From a virus (Duplodnaviria > Caudoviricetes): a stretch of DNA of 64,000 nucleotides. How positions within the stretch are numbered: position 1 is the first letter of the stretch; each line of letters begins with the position of its first letter. The notes below the pieces were generated by a model that did no database searches, was not told the DNA's origin, and saw only the letters and a list, made by a program, of their open reading frames with translations. The DNA lies in the IMG/VR virus record IMGVR_UViG_3300010311_001094, positions 1 to 64,000 of that record, one strand, 5' to 3'. Made by a program: the position numbers and the translations under genes. Positions 38,439-48,316 of the stretch are shown here, one piece after another.

Positions 38439-40940
38439 GTAGGGTAGGCAAGTGTCGCCTTGCTGTATTGCTACAGTAGGTTTACACAAGCCCCCCTCCG
38501 AACCGGACTTACCCCTCTCAGAGTATCCGGCTCTCCATTTGCGTTCAATCAACTTTGTTTCCCGTGAATCTTCTTGTGGCATTCCCGACATACCACAAGC
38601 GTTTTTCGCTTTTTTGCTATCATAATTTGTTCCCAGAGTGTTTTCCCTTTGAGATTTTTCACTTTGTTTACGTGATGAATCTCGTAATGCTCGCTGTTCT
38701 CACTGCCGCAGAGTTCGCATTTTCTTGCTTTAAGCCTGTCCTCAAATTTTGTACGACTGTGTAGATGTTGTATTGTCAATATCGGAATGGTATCCGTTCC
38801 GTTCTTGACATTTGCGCAGTCTGCTTGTGTGGGAAGTGCTGCGATTTTCTGTCCCTTTTTGGTTTCATAGGGTACACCCCAGCTCTTACCGTTGGCATAT
38901 TTATTCCGAATCTTTTTCAGACTCGTTCTATGCTTTGCGGCAAGTGTTTTCAGGCAACTGTACTCCATAAGGTAACAGAAGTAATGCAAATCTGAGTAGT
39001 TGCTGGCAAGATTATAGTAATTACAAATGCCTCTGATTTCTGCACCGTATGCGGTCACTATTTCAAGGTCTGTCAAATGCAGCAATCTATCTCTGTGGCA
39101 TGGTGTAAGTTTCCCGTTTTTAAGGTAGACAATACCGTGAGAAAAAAGGAATTTTTCAATTTTGTCTTTTATGGGAACTGTGCGTTCTACTTTGTTGCTC
39201 AGGGTTCTGACTTTACGTCCTGCCTTAGTCTTTTTTACCTTACTGTCTCTGCGCACTCGAATGTCATAGCCTAAAAACCGCGCTTTATTGTTGCTGTGTG
39301 TAATGAGCGTTTTTTCTGCGCTCAGTTCCATTTTTAGCTCTTCTGCAACATATTCTGTCAATTCTTGTTTGATTCGTTCGCAGTCCTCTCGGCTGCCGAC
39401 TACACCAATGATAAAATCATCTGCATAGCGGACGTATGATAGGCGTTTATCTGTCTGTGAAACACAAGGCGCGTTTCTCTGGCGTTTACGGACTTCTTTC
39501 AGTTCCCTTATCAACCCTGCCTTTTCTTCTCCCTCTGCACGGCTGATTTTGGTTTTAATTGCGCGTAATTCATGCTGTAATTTAGAGTATTCCGGAGTGT
39601 ATGCGCGTTCTCGCGGCTTATAACAGTTCTGGCGTATTACCATTACTTTCTGGTCCAATTCATGCAGGTAAATATTAGCAAGAATCGGGGAAATGATACC
39701 GCCTTGCGGCGTTCCGCTGAATGTTTTGTTGTATCTCCAGTCCTCTAAATATCCGGCTTTCAGGATTTTCCAAAGGAGTTGGATAAATCGTGCGTCTTTG
39801 ATTTTGCGGTTCACAATGGAGACAAGTGTTTCATGGTCAATGTTGTCAAAACAGCCTTTAATGTCACCCTCAACAAACCATCTTACTCCTGTAAACTCGT
39901 GTTTGATTTGTTCCAGTGCTGTATGACAGCTCCTGTTAGGTCTGAACCCATGTGAAACATCTAAGAAAATCGGCTCATATACCGCTTCCAAAATCATTCT
40001 CATGACTTCCTGCACCAATTTATCCGTAAAAGTAGGAATACTAATCGGGCGCATTTTCCCATTGGATTTTTCAATATAGGTTCTTCGTGTGGGTTTTGGC
40101 TGATACGTACCATTCCGCAAACTTTCGGTTATGGAATGAATATATTCCACGCTGAACCCGTCTGCTGTATCATCGTCTATTCCTTTGGTCGCTGCGCCGC
40201 TGTTTGCGTACAGATTCTTATATGCGATAAAATAAATATCCTCTCGCAACAAATATCTGTACAAGCGTGTAAATACTTCGTCGGGATGTTTTAGGGAATT
40301 TTCGTTGATTCTCGCCAAAATCTCTATTGTTGAATTCATATGAGGCTTTCCTCTCTAATCAAGTTTTGATTTTGGTACACACAAACTGTCTCCCTTCGCC
40401 ATGTAGACGGCGTTACCGTCCTCGGACTACTATGGAGACTCCGTTACCCTGTCGGATATTCAGTGTCATCTTTCTTGCGTTTCACGGCTTGAAATTTATC
40501 ACCTTTCGGTATTACACATAGACTTTTCAGTCATTCCGATTTAGGTAATCCTCAGTTAGCGTTGTTAATAGGTGTTGTGGATTGTCGGATATGCTTTCGT
40601 TTCGTTTGCACAAGTTCTCTTGCACGTGGCTTGAAGTATCTGACAACACAATAATCGGTAACTTACATTATTGTTCTTCAAGCGAGAAGTTTCAGGCACT
40701 TTCTTCTCTCCACCCGGGAACGGACACTGGAAACTCACATTCACCAAACCCAGATTTATCCTCATATCCACTTGCCATTGCGGTTCAGTCGTGCCCGAAT
40801 GCCTTTAGGCAACTTACCGCTTTCCTGCCGTGCTATGTTCCCGTATCAGCTTTCGCCTTTCGGTTAGGCAGGTTGGCTGCTGCGTTATCTTACAGCGTAG
40901 TACCTTAAGCTACTTTTAACAACGCCCTATCTGAGCGCAC
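38439..40940 (-). mobile_element. Group II intron (Ll.LtrB-like, IIA), 2502 nt, in the prohead protease gene
   Basis: 5' end GTGCGCTCAGATAGGG; domain V GAGCCGGATACTCTGAGAGGGGTAAGTCCGGTTC; 3' end CCCTAC; splicing restores NSPGGN|VFAAAEIY. Confidence 0.93.
38549..40339 (-). CDS. ltrA: Group II intron reverse transcriptase/maturase with C-terminal HNH-type endonuclease
   Basis: GTPQGGIISP, YVRYADD, maturase X domain, CELCG..EIHH..VVCRECH. Confidence 0.92.
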   Translation of the reverse strand: MNSTIEILARINENSLKHPDEVFTRLYRYLLREDIYFIAYKNLYANSGAATKGIDDDTADGFSVEYIHSITESLRNGTYQPKPTRRTYIEKSNGKMRPISIPTFTDKLVQEVMRMILEAVYEPIFLDVSHGFRPNRSCHTALEQIKHEFTGVRWFVEGDIKGCFDNIDHETLVSIVNRKIKDARFIQLLWKILKAGYLEDWRYNKTFSGTPQGGIISPILANIYLHELDQKVMVIRQNCYKPRERAYTPEYSKLQHELRAIKTKISRAEGEEKAGLIRELKEVRKRQRNAPCVSQTDKRLSYVRYADDFIIGVVGSREDCERIKQELTEYVAEELKMELSAEKTLITHSNNKARFLGYDIRVRRDSKVKKTKAGRKVRTLSNKVERTVPIKDKIEKFLFSHGIVYLKNGKLTPCHRDRLLHLTDLEIVTAYGAEIRGICNYYNLASNYSDLHYFCYLMEYSCLKTLAAKHRTSLKKIRNKYANGKSWGVPYETKKGQKIAALPTQADCANVKNGTDTIPILTIQHLHSRTKFEDRLKARKCELCGSENSEHYEIHHVNKVKNLKGKTLWEQIMIAKKRKTLVVCRECHKKIHGKQS

Positions 40941-41117
40941 ATTGCCGCCTGGACTATTCAGCCAAAGTGTAATGTCACCCTCCTCGGCATACAGTTCATC
41001 GCGGAAAGATTGCGGCGTAATTTCATCACCCCAGAAGCTCTCCGAGTCGATAGGACCTTCAAGCCGGAGGACTCTGCCGCCGCTGTCATCGTGAATCCAG
41101 TTCCAGAACTTTTCCAT
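40941..41117 (-). CDS. Prohead ClpP-type protease, exon 1
   Basis: MEKFWNW..LRLEGPID..WGDEITPQSF..ITLWLNSPGGN. Confidence 0.9.
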
Positions 41118-42506
41118 TTACATACCCCCATTTCTGTACTTCTTCCTGCGTTTTTGCCGCAGGAAACGGTCATCGGTTTCTTCGTCCGGGCTCTCATCCG
41201 GCTCATCCTGTTCCTCGGTATCCGGTGGTTCATCCTCCTGCGGAGCATTCAGGTTATACGCCGCACCTGCATCCTGCAATTTATTGTAGCTGCCATTGAG
41301 GTAATAATCCTCACCGCCCTGATCTTCAGGAATGAGATCCATATTTTCCAGACGGCGCACATCGTTGGGCGACATAAATCCGTTGCCCACGCCGATAGCG
41401 TAGGCGTTCATACGGCTCTGGTAGTCGCCGCGCATGAGACCATCCACATTGAATTTCGGGAAGTAGATGTCTTTTTCATCTTCCAGTAATAGGTCTTTGA
41501 TGATGCCTTTCTCGATGCGAATGATCCAGGGCATGAGAGAATACTGTACAAATGCGATGCCCTGATGCTCGATGTTATTGAAGGTGCTGCGTTTCAGATC
41601 CTGTACCAGATGCGGCGGCACCTGAAACATACGGCAGATTTCCTCCACATCGAATTCTCTTGTGGACAGAAACTGCGAATCCTCCGGCGGCAGGGAGATT
41701 GGCTTATACTGCATACCTTCTTCGAGGACTGCGATGCGGTGTGCATTTCGGGAACCGCCGTACACTCTCGTCCAGTTCTCACGGATCTTTTCGGGATTCT
41801 TCAGCACACCCGGATGCTCCAGAACACCGGCAGGCTGCGCTCCGTTTTTGAAGAATGCACTGCCGTAACGCTCCACAGCCATAGCTGCGCCGAGTGCGTT
41901 TTTCATCATGGCTATGGGAGAAAATCCCACCAGACCATTGAATCCCAGACCGGGAATGTGCAGTATCTCATCCCTCTGAAAGATGATATCCTTGTCATGC
42001 TCACCGGGCTTTTCATCAGTGTATGCATGATAGGTGTAAATGAGGTCACCGCTTTTCGGGTCGCGGTCGATCTCGACGTTCTCAGGAAGAAGCGGATACA
42101 GACCAACGATGCCGTTTTTGCCGTCCCGGACAATCTGTGCATAGGCGTTGCCCCATAGTAAAAGGTGGCACATCAGTGCCTCCCAGAACGAAAATGAACT
42201 CATTTCGGGATTCGGCTGACGGTACAAAATCTTATACAGCGGATGATCGGTTGCGCGTTCTTTATCCTCGCCGTCACCTGTATATCTGTACAGATGCAGC
42301 GGAAGTCCTGCGATCGTATTTGAAAGCAGTCTCACGCAGGCATAAACGGTAACAATCTGCATTGCAGTGCGTTCATCCACACGTTCACCGCTGTGCGTCA
42401 TGCCGAATACGAACAGATTTCCAGAATCACGGACATTGTCCTGAATATCAGGCAGCATCGGCGCATCTCTCGGCTTGCTGATGCCAAGCCAGCTCAAAAA
42501 GCCCAT
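41118..42506 (-). CDS. Portal protein, HK97 family
   Basis: VYACVRLLS, LLLWGNAYA, GFNGLVGFSP, ICRMFQVPPH. Confidence 0.95.
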   Translation of the reverse strand: MGFLSWLGISKPRDAPMLPDIQDNVRDSGNLFVFGMTHSGERVDERTAMQIVTVYACVRLLSNTIAGLPLHLYRYTGDGEDKERATDHPLYKILYRQPNPEMSSFSFWEALMCHLLLWGNAYAQIVRDGKNGIVGLYPLLPENVEIDRDPKSGDLIYTYHAYTDEKPGEHDKDIIFQRDEILHIPGLGFNGLVGFSPIAMMKNALGAAMAVERYGSAFFKNGAQPAGVLEHPGVLKNPEKIRENWTRVYGGSRNAHRIAVLEEGMQYKPISLPPEDSQFLSTREFDVEEICRMFQVPPHLVQDLKRSTFNNIEHQGIAFVQYSLMPWIIRIEKGIIKDLLLEDEKDIYFPKFNVDGLMRGDYQSRMNAYAIGVGNGFMSPNDVRRLENMDLIPEDQGGEDYYLNGSYNKLQDAGAAYNLNAPQEDEPPDTEEQDEPDESPDEETDDRFLRQKRRKKYRNGGM

Positions 42507-42521
42507 AAACATTACCTCCTG

Positions 42522-44633
42522 TCAGATGACCACAAGATCGTGGTCGGGTTCATCGTATACACTACCTTGCATCTCGTGGCGAATACAGCGGTCAAGTGCC
42601 ATGATCCATGCCACGATGCCATCGATTTTCTCTGTACTTTTCTTTTTACTCGGTTTGATGTTTTCCGCAGCATCGATCTCAGCCACCACATTTCCAGCCA
42701 TCCAGCGGAGTACAGGGTTGCCGCCGTGGATAAACTGCCCTTCGAGTATAAGCTTGTATAGCTCTTTCATCGGCGGTGACATATCCTTGAAGCCCATGCC
42801 CATCGGGACAACCGTGAAACCGTCACCCTCAAGATCGGTGATAAGTTGTGTCGCATTCCAGCGGTCGGCAGCAATTTCCTTGATGTTGTACATCGTGTGC
42901 AGATCGTTGATCGTTTTCCGCACGAAATTATAATCGACCACATTGCCCTCGGTGATATGAAATAATCCCATGCGCTCCCATACATCGTAGGGAACATGGT
43001 CTCGCCGTACTCGCAAATCGAGCGTTTCTCTCGGCAGCCAGAAGTGCGGGACAACGATGTATTTCTCGCCGTCATGCAGCGGAGGGAACACCAGCACAAA
43101 TGCCGTGATATCCGATGTGCTGGATAGGTCAAGACCTGCGTAGCACTCCCGTCCCCGGAGCTTTTCGAGGTTGATCGGAAGATTGCCCCTGTCGTAGATA
43201 TGCTCCGGAATCCATGCCACCGCACTGCCTACCCACTGATCCAGACGAAGCTGACGGAATACGTTTTCTTCCGCTGGGTTTGTCAGTGCCTCGCGGTGAG
43301 CGTCACGCACTCGGTCGATGGTAATGGTGTATCCAAGCGAAGGATTCGCCTTGTACCAAGACTCCTCGGCATTCCAGTCGTCGCCATCATCAAGTCCGTA
43401 GATCACCGGATAAAAGGACGGATCAATGCGTCTGCCCTCCAGAATATCTTTTGCTTTGGTGTGATATTCGTAGCAGATGCTGTTGCGGTCGGTACCGGCG
43501 GTTGTGATCAGGAAGTACAGCGGCTGCGTTCTTGCATCGCCGGAGCCCTTCGTAAGAACATCCACAAGGCTTCGATTCGGCTGGGCATGAAGCTCATCAA
43601 GCACCAAACCGGAAACATTCAGACCATGTTTTGTACCGACCTCCGCTGAAAGCACCTGATAAAAGCCGACATTGCTGTAATCGACCAGACGCTTTGTAGC
43701 CGCCATGATCTTGGAGCGTTTCAGAAGTGCCGGTGTCATCTCAACCATTCTTTTGGCGACATCGAATACAATGGATGCCTGCCCACGATCAGCAGCAGCG
43801 CCGTAGACCTCAGCAGACGGCTCGTTGTCGGCGTAGAGCAGATACAGTGCAATTGCCGCTGCAAGCTCACTGTTGTGCGTAGGCACAAACGATGTTCCAG
43901 CAAGATATTGATGACTCGGACTATCCACCTGAATACACTGCATTTTCACAGGATGATCCATAGGCTGGATGTCCAGCAGGTAATGATAACGAGGGTTATT
44001 GCCGTGAGAAGCCTCCCAATGTTGCAGAATATCTTTGTTTGATGTCTCGGGGCATTTACTTGAAACGATTTTGATATCGGTGTTCATCTCGTAAATCTCA
44101 CGAGTTGAAACGAGTTTGCCGCTACTATCGATTTCGATGTTCCACAGATGTCGTTCCCCGGCAATGATCGAGGTGCCGTCCTTGAAGGTCAGCTTGTAGG
44201 CTTGCTCTGTATCATCCACAGGACTTTTCGCAACCACATGGCACGGAATGCCGTTTTCATCAAATACAGTATCTCCGACTTCCAAATCTCCCATATTGGT
44301 GAATCCATCAGGAGTCGGAATCGGTGTATCCAGAGCGAGCTGTTTGCCATTTTTCTTGGGTATCTCGACATAGGCGGTACGAAATTGCCGCATATCGTCC
44401 TCTTTGACGATGCCAAAAATATCCCGGATGATCTGTTCCTGCCACGGAAGCAGCCAGAACGGTTTGCCTGCCCAGCGTCCTTTGGTATGACACAGGTTTT
44501 CTATAAAACGCACGGCTCTGTCTGCCTTTGCCGCATCGTAATGGGAATCCGGCAGCATAAACCGTGTGGGCTTATAGTCTTTCAGTTTCGGATAATTCGC
44601 AGGTCTTTCCCTTGCTTTTGCTGTTCTTGCCAT
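42522..44633 (-). CDS. Terminase large subunit containing an intein
   Basis: LLPWQEQII, IPKKNGK|SELAAA Walker A split by the intein, LVLDELHA, GLDLSSTSD, KIDGIVA. Confidence 0.95.
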   Translation of the reverse strand: MARTAKARERPANYPKLKDYKPTRFMLPDSHYDAAKADRAVRFIENLCHTKGRWAGKPFWLLPWQEQIIRDIFGIVKEDDMRQFRTAYVEIPKKNGKQLALDTPIPTPDGFTNMGDLEVGDTVFDENGIPCHVVAKSPVDDTEQAYKLTFKDGTSIIAGERHLWNIEIDSSGKLVSTREIYEMNTDIKIVSSKCPETSNKDILQHWEASHGNNPRYHYLLDIQPMDHPVKMQCIQVDSPSHQYLAGTSFVPTHNSELAAAIALYLLYADNEPSAEVYGAAADRGQASIVFDVAKRMVEMTPALLKRSKIMAATKRLVDYSNVGFYQVLSAEVGTKHGLNVSGLVLDELHAQPNRSLVDVLTKGSGDARTQPLYFLITTAGTDRNSICYEYHTKAKDILEGRRIDPSFYPVIYGLDDGDDWNAEESWYKANPSLGYTITIDRVRDAHREALTNPAEENVFRQLRLDQWVGSAVAWIPEHIYDRGNLPINLEKLRGRECYAGLDLSSTSDITAFVLVFPPLHDGEKYIVVPHFWLPRETLDLRVRRDHVPYDVWERMGLFHITEGNVVDYNFVRKTINDLHTMYNIKEIAADRWNATQLITDLEGDGFTVVPMGMGFKDMSPPMKELYKLILEGQFIHGGNPVLRWMAGNVVAEIDAAENIKPSKKKSTEKIDGIVAWIMALDRCIRHEMQGSVYDEPDHDLVVI
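43872..44342 (-). mobile_element. 157-aa mini-intein, class-3 type (Gln1; W-C-T signature)
   Basis: QLALDTPIPTPDG..GERHLW..MQCIQVD..VPTHN|S; no LAGLIDADG domain. Confidence 0.88.
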
Positions 44634-45106
44634 CAGTTTCCTCCCAGAAGTGCATCCATATCGTCAACGGCAGCGTCCTTCATATCCGCACCTGCGGTGA
44701 TCCTGCTTCTTGCGGCAGGAGTCAGACCGAACTGCTCTGCGATCTTGTTCATGATCTTCAGATAAGTTTGCGCAATGGATACCTGCGGAACCTGCTGCCA
44801 GTAACCTGATTTTGTTTTTACGATCGTGCCGTGCTGGGTCATGAATTCCTCGGCTTCTTTCCATCGTGCGTATGCCTGACAGTAGGATGCGAATGCCGCC
44901 TGGTCGACCTCGGTCAGCACACCGATCTGTTCCAATTGTTTTGATAACCTGCGCCATTCTTTTTTGGCTTCCGGCTCCAGCCATTTCGGGCAGGGCGGAG
45001 CTTTTTTCGCAGGCTTAGGTTCTGCTTCATTCAGCGGTCGTTTTCCGGGATTGCCTTCCAGTTCCTTGATTGCTGTGGGCTTGGGTTTTCTGCCCCTCTG
45101 AGCCAT
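44633..45106 (-). CDS. Terminase small subunit, P27 family
   Basis: RGRKPKPTAIKELEGNPGKRPL, CPKWL..AKKEW, FGLTPAARSRI. Confidence 0.92.
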   Translation of the reverse strand: MAQRGRKPKPTAIKELEGNPGKRPLNEAEPKPAKKAPPCPKWLEPEAKKEWRRLSKQLEQIGVLTEVDQAAFASYCQAYARWKEAEEFMTQHGTIVKTKSGYWQQVPQVSIAQTYLKIMNKIAEQFGLTPAARSRITAGADMKDAAVDDMDALLGGN

Positions 45107-45254
45107 CCGCATCACTCCTTTTCTCAAAAAATCTGCATAAAGAAAAGGCCTGCGTGCTGCAAGCCTCTCCTATGTATATCCACCTTGAATTTATATGTGT
45201 GTCCGTCTTGGTTTGGATGGGCGGCTTAATGCTACCGCCCACCGACCGTTCTAT

Positions 45255-45483
45255 TTACTTGTACTCGTACATCAGGATCGCAAGGGCAATCTCCGCAGCC
45301 TCGTTTTGCTCGGGTACATCCTCGCCTCTGTCGTAGTTGTAGATGACCTTGCCATTCTCCTTGAGTGTCAGTTTACTGATTCTGCCCTCGTTGATGCCGT
45401 ACTGGCTGCCCCCGTCGTAGACCTTTGCCCAGTAGTGAACCACCGTCTTGCCTTCCTTGGTCGGTGCCAGAATCGTGCCACAT
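45255..45483 (-). pseudogene. Small phage protein, frameshifted near its start
   Basis: RBS plus ATG TGG CAC GA at 45483 is out of frame with TILAPTKEGKTVVHYWAKVYD..YGINEGRISKL..NYDRG. Confidence 0.6.
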
Positions 45484-45625
45484 AGTGTTTACCTCGTTCT
45501 TTCGTAGTTTTCGGCTCGGTTTCCCGTTCCGTTGTACACACTATAACTCTTTTCGGCAGATATATCAAGCGGCTAAACTACCAGAATGTGCAAGGCGATT
45601 TTTTGTCGGTTGTTGTACATATTAT
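45484..45625 (-). promoter_or_regulatory. Regulatory cassette copy A
   Basis: TTGATA-N17-TATAGT; leader ACAACGGAACGGGAAACCG; upstream bipartite motif. Confidence 0.75.
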
Positions 45626-45739
45626 GCCTTGCCGCAGGAGGCACACAAATGCGCCGTGTGGGCGGCTTTTCGCAGGGGCAAGCTGTACGCATCTCCCCGG
45701 CACCGCCCCACACGAGGCAACGTGGTGCGTGTGTCGTCG

Positions 45740-45919
45740 CTATCCGCCGTACTCTTCCAAGTATGCGTTCACGCAGTCGCCGTAGCCGAGCTGTTCAAGC
45801 TCCTTCGGTTCAAAGACATCCAGCGGCGTTTTCATCACTTCTCGCTCCGTCCATGTTCCCGTGGCCGACAGGTTTGCGATGACTGCGGTCAGCATTTCAA
45901 GCTGTGCGTATGTATCCAT
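45740..45919 (-). CDS. Small hypothetical protein
   Basis: MDTYAQLEML..; AGGAGG RBS. Confidence 0.6.
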   Translation of the reverse strand: MDTYAQLEMLTAVIANLSATGTWTEREVMKTPLDVFEPKELEQLGYGDCVNAYLEEYGG

Positions 45920-45981
45920 GTTCTTTCCTCCTTCGGGATTGGCAGCCCCTCCCTGCGGAAGGGCTGCGCTGTTCCGTTTGG

Positions 45982-46347
45982 TTACTTGCTCTTGCATCCT
46001 GCCTCGTAGGTATCCTTGAGGGCGGCTTCCAGCCCCCAGACCGAAACCTCGATGAAGTCCTCGCTGTCGCAGTGGCGGGCTTCAAGGTCTCCGCGCTCCT
46101 GCACCGTGATCAGGTGCTTTGCTGCGATCTCGAAGAGCTGTTTGTCGATGCCTGTCAGCGGATGCTCGGCTCTGAAAATCTCCTGCTCGGTTTTGGCAAG
46201 GGCGGCGTTTGTGTTTGCAAGTGCCTGCGCTCTGCTGATCCCGAAAAGCTCAAGGCAGTCCGCTTCGGTCATTCCCTCAAGGGCGGCTTTGCCGTTCTGC
46301 AGCATCTTCAGCTTGGCAACTGCGGCTTTCATTTCCTTCTTTGTCAT
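45982..46347 (-). CDS. DUF6900-like phage protein
   Basis: IAAKHL..GDLEARHCDSEDFIEVSVWGLEAAL. Confidence 0.7.
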   Translation of the reverse strand: MTKKEMKAAVAKLKMLQNGKAALEGMTEADCLELFGISRAQALANTNAALAKTEQEIFRAEHPLTGIDKQLFEIAAKHLITVQERGDLEARHCDSEDFIEVSVWGLEAALKDTYEAGCKSK

Positions 46348-46490
46348 GGTGGTTTACCTCCGTGTTTTGTATTCGGTGGGCGTTTGCCCTTCCGTTGTGT
46401 AGCATATTACCATGATCTTTCCGGAATAGCAAGCGGCTAAATGTTCAGAACAAAATCGGCGTATCTGCGCCATTTGTTGTATACATAGCA
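46348..46490 (-). promoter_or_regulatory. Regulatory cassette copy B
   Basis: TTGCTA-N17-TAATAT; leader ACAACGGAAGGGCAAACGCCCACCG. Confidence 0.8.
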
Positions 46491-46612
46491 CCAAGCCCAC
46501 AGGAGGCACACAAACGCGCCGTGTGAGGCGGCTTTCCGCAGGGGCAAGCTTATCGCAGGAAAACCGCACAAAGGACAACGTGGGGCAAGTCAGCCCCGCA
46601 GGGCTGAACCTA

Positions 46613-46996
46613 TCAGTCCTCGGTCGGCGGAAGCCATGCTCCTTTTTCCTCATCGAAAAGGTAGTAATACGGAATGCCCCAGTCATCGCTCATCAGGGAA
46701 ACAACGCTCTTGTGGGTGACCGCAGGCTGCATCGGCTCTTTGCGGTCGCGGTGGTAAGCAACCGTCACACCATCGGCAGGCTTTTCGAAGCTGTGCGGCT
46801 CATCCGCATCGGGAGCAAGGCGCTCGCCGAGGATGCTGATGTCTCCAAGGGCAAGCAGTGCCTTGACCTTCTCGGCGGTGTTATAATGCTCGGTGAGGAT
46901 GGGCATCTGGTGTTCGGGGTAGCCGTCCCAATGGCAGTAGATTGTCTCCGTGACGCCGTCCTGATGCAGAATTCCGACTCTTGAATTCGTACTCAT
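46613..46996 (-). CDS. Phage hypothetical protein (IYCHWDGYP motif)
   Basis: MSTNSRVG..IYCHWDGYPEH..LGDISILG; GGAGG RBS. Confidence 0.7.
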   Translation of the reverse strand: MSTNSRVGILHQDGVTETIYCHWDGYPEHQMPILTEHYNTAEKVKALLALGDISILGERLAPDADEPHSFEKPADGVTVAYHRDRKEPMQPAVTHKSVVSLMSDDWGIPYYYLFDEEKGAWLPPTED

Positions 46997-47064
46997 GTTC
47001 GTAAACCTCCATGTTTTTTTTTCTGCGGTAAGCCCTCCCCGCAGGAAGGGCTCCGCTGTTTTGC

Positions 47065-47385
47065 TTATGCTCTCTTCACATCGACCAGCCACTCTGCTTC
47101 CTTGTGGGCGATGCCCGTAGCCTTCTCGGTAATGCTGCTGTCCTCATCGATGTAATGCAGTCCCTTGCCGACCTTAACGAATCTCACATTCTCGTAGCCC
47201 TCGATGATGGTGCGGTAAACGTAACCGCTGCGGCTCTCGCCATCATAGCTCTTGCCGTCCCAACCGTTGAAGGTAAAGGTGACACGCTCTGCAGTCTTGC
47301 AGAAGAGGCTCTCGAAGTCCTCGCGGGTGATCGCCGTGTTGGCATCAATCAGGTTCAGGCTCTTTCTCAGTGTGTAGGGGTTCAT
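47065..47385 (-). CDS. Hypothetical protein
   Basis: 106 aa; FNGWDGKSYDGESR; GGAGG RBS downstream of cassette promoter. Confidence 0.7.
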   Translation of the reverse strand: MNPYTLRKSLNLIDANTAITREDFESLFCKTAERVTFTFNGWDGKSYDGESRSGYVYRTIIEGYENVRFVKVGKGLHYIDEDSSITEKATGIAHKEAEWLVDVKRA

Positions 47386-47537
47386 GGTGTTATCCTCCGT
47401 TTCGTTTTTCGGTAGGCGTTCTGCCCTTCCGTTGTGTCACATATTACCATGATCCTGCTGATAAGTCCACGCCTATGTGCAAAATAAAACGTAGAAGAAT
47501 CGCCGATCTCAGCCTTTCGTATTGTAGGATTTACACA
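47386..47537 (-). promoter_or_regulatory. Regulatory cassette copy C
   Basis: TGGACT-N17-TAATAT; leader ACAACGGAAGGGCAGAACGCCTACCG. Confidence 0.78.
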
Positions 47538-47587
47538 TGAGGAAAAGGGGGAGGGGGAGCAGAGCCGAAGCCCTGCTCCTGTCGATA

Positions 47588-48058
47588 TCAGTTCACCTTG
47601 AAAAGGATGCCCTGTGCCGTTTCGTATTCTTCCTCGCCCCAGCGCAGGCTCTTCTTGGTGATGGTGTGCGTTCCGACCATCGTGCAGCCTTCTGCAATAA
47701 ATCCGTAGATGTTCTCCATCAGCGCCGTGCTCTGATTGGTGATCGTGAACTCGGTGATGCCTAGCTTGCGGAGCGTTTCGATGAAATCGTGGAATTCCTT
47801 GTCCCAGCAGTAATCGCTCATCTCGAACTCGTCACCGTCGTTCTCGCGGCGCATCTTGTACACCCAGTAGGCTTTCATCTCACCGCCGCTGTAGGGGTAA
47901 GGACCCGCCGCCTTCTCCTCAGCGTACCAAGCGTCCATCTCCGGGCTGTCGTAGCCGTGGGCTTCGGCAATCTGAGCCTTGCGCTCGGCGCGCTCCTTTT
48001 TGGCGCGTTCATAGGCGGCGCACTGGAAGGTCATCTCCTCAAAGTAGCTGTCGTTCAT
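47588..48058 (-). CDS. Hypothetical phage protein
   Basis: MNDSYFEEM..FIETLRKLGITEFTITNQSTALMENI. Confidence 0.7.
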   Translation of the reverse strand: MNDSYFEEMTFQCAAYERAKKERAERKAQIAEAHGYDSPEMDAWYAEEKAAGPYPYSGGEMKAYWVYKMRRENDGDEFEMSDYCWDKEFHDFIETLRKLGITEFTITNQSTALMENIYGFIAEGCTMVGTHTITKKSLRWGEEEYETAQGILFKVN

Positions 48059-48213
48059 GTTCGTATCCTCCATGTTATGAATTCCGGTGGGCTGTCTGCC
48101 CCTGCCGTTGTGTAGCATATTACCATGATCCCGGCGATATGTCCACGCCTATGTGCAAAATAAATCGTAGAAGAATCGCCGTTTTCAGCAAGCTGAACAG
48201 GTACATATACACA
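48059..48213 (-). promoter_or_regulatory. Regulatory cassette copy D
   Basis: TGGACA-N17-TAATAT; leader ACAACGGCAGGGGCAGACAGCCCACCG; about 40 bp near-identical to copy C. Confidence 0.78.
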
Positions 48214-48316
48214 AGCCCACAGTTTGCGCCAGAACGCGCCGTGTCACGCCCGGAAAGTGGGGGATAAGTTATCCCTGAGAATGCGGAAAGGGGCTGTAAT
48301 GCCCCTTTATGTCGCC

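Noticed and set aside
38439-38591. N-terminus of ORF 37701-38591
   Set aside because: It derives from intron domains V-VI; the true N-terminus is exon 1 at 40941-41117.
38549-40339. RT as part of a diversity-generating retroelement, retron or defence RT
   Set aside because: It has maturase and En domains and lies inside clear group II intron ends; no TR/VR pair with adenine-specific mismatches was seen by eye in the tail genes.
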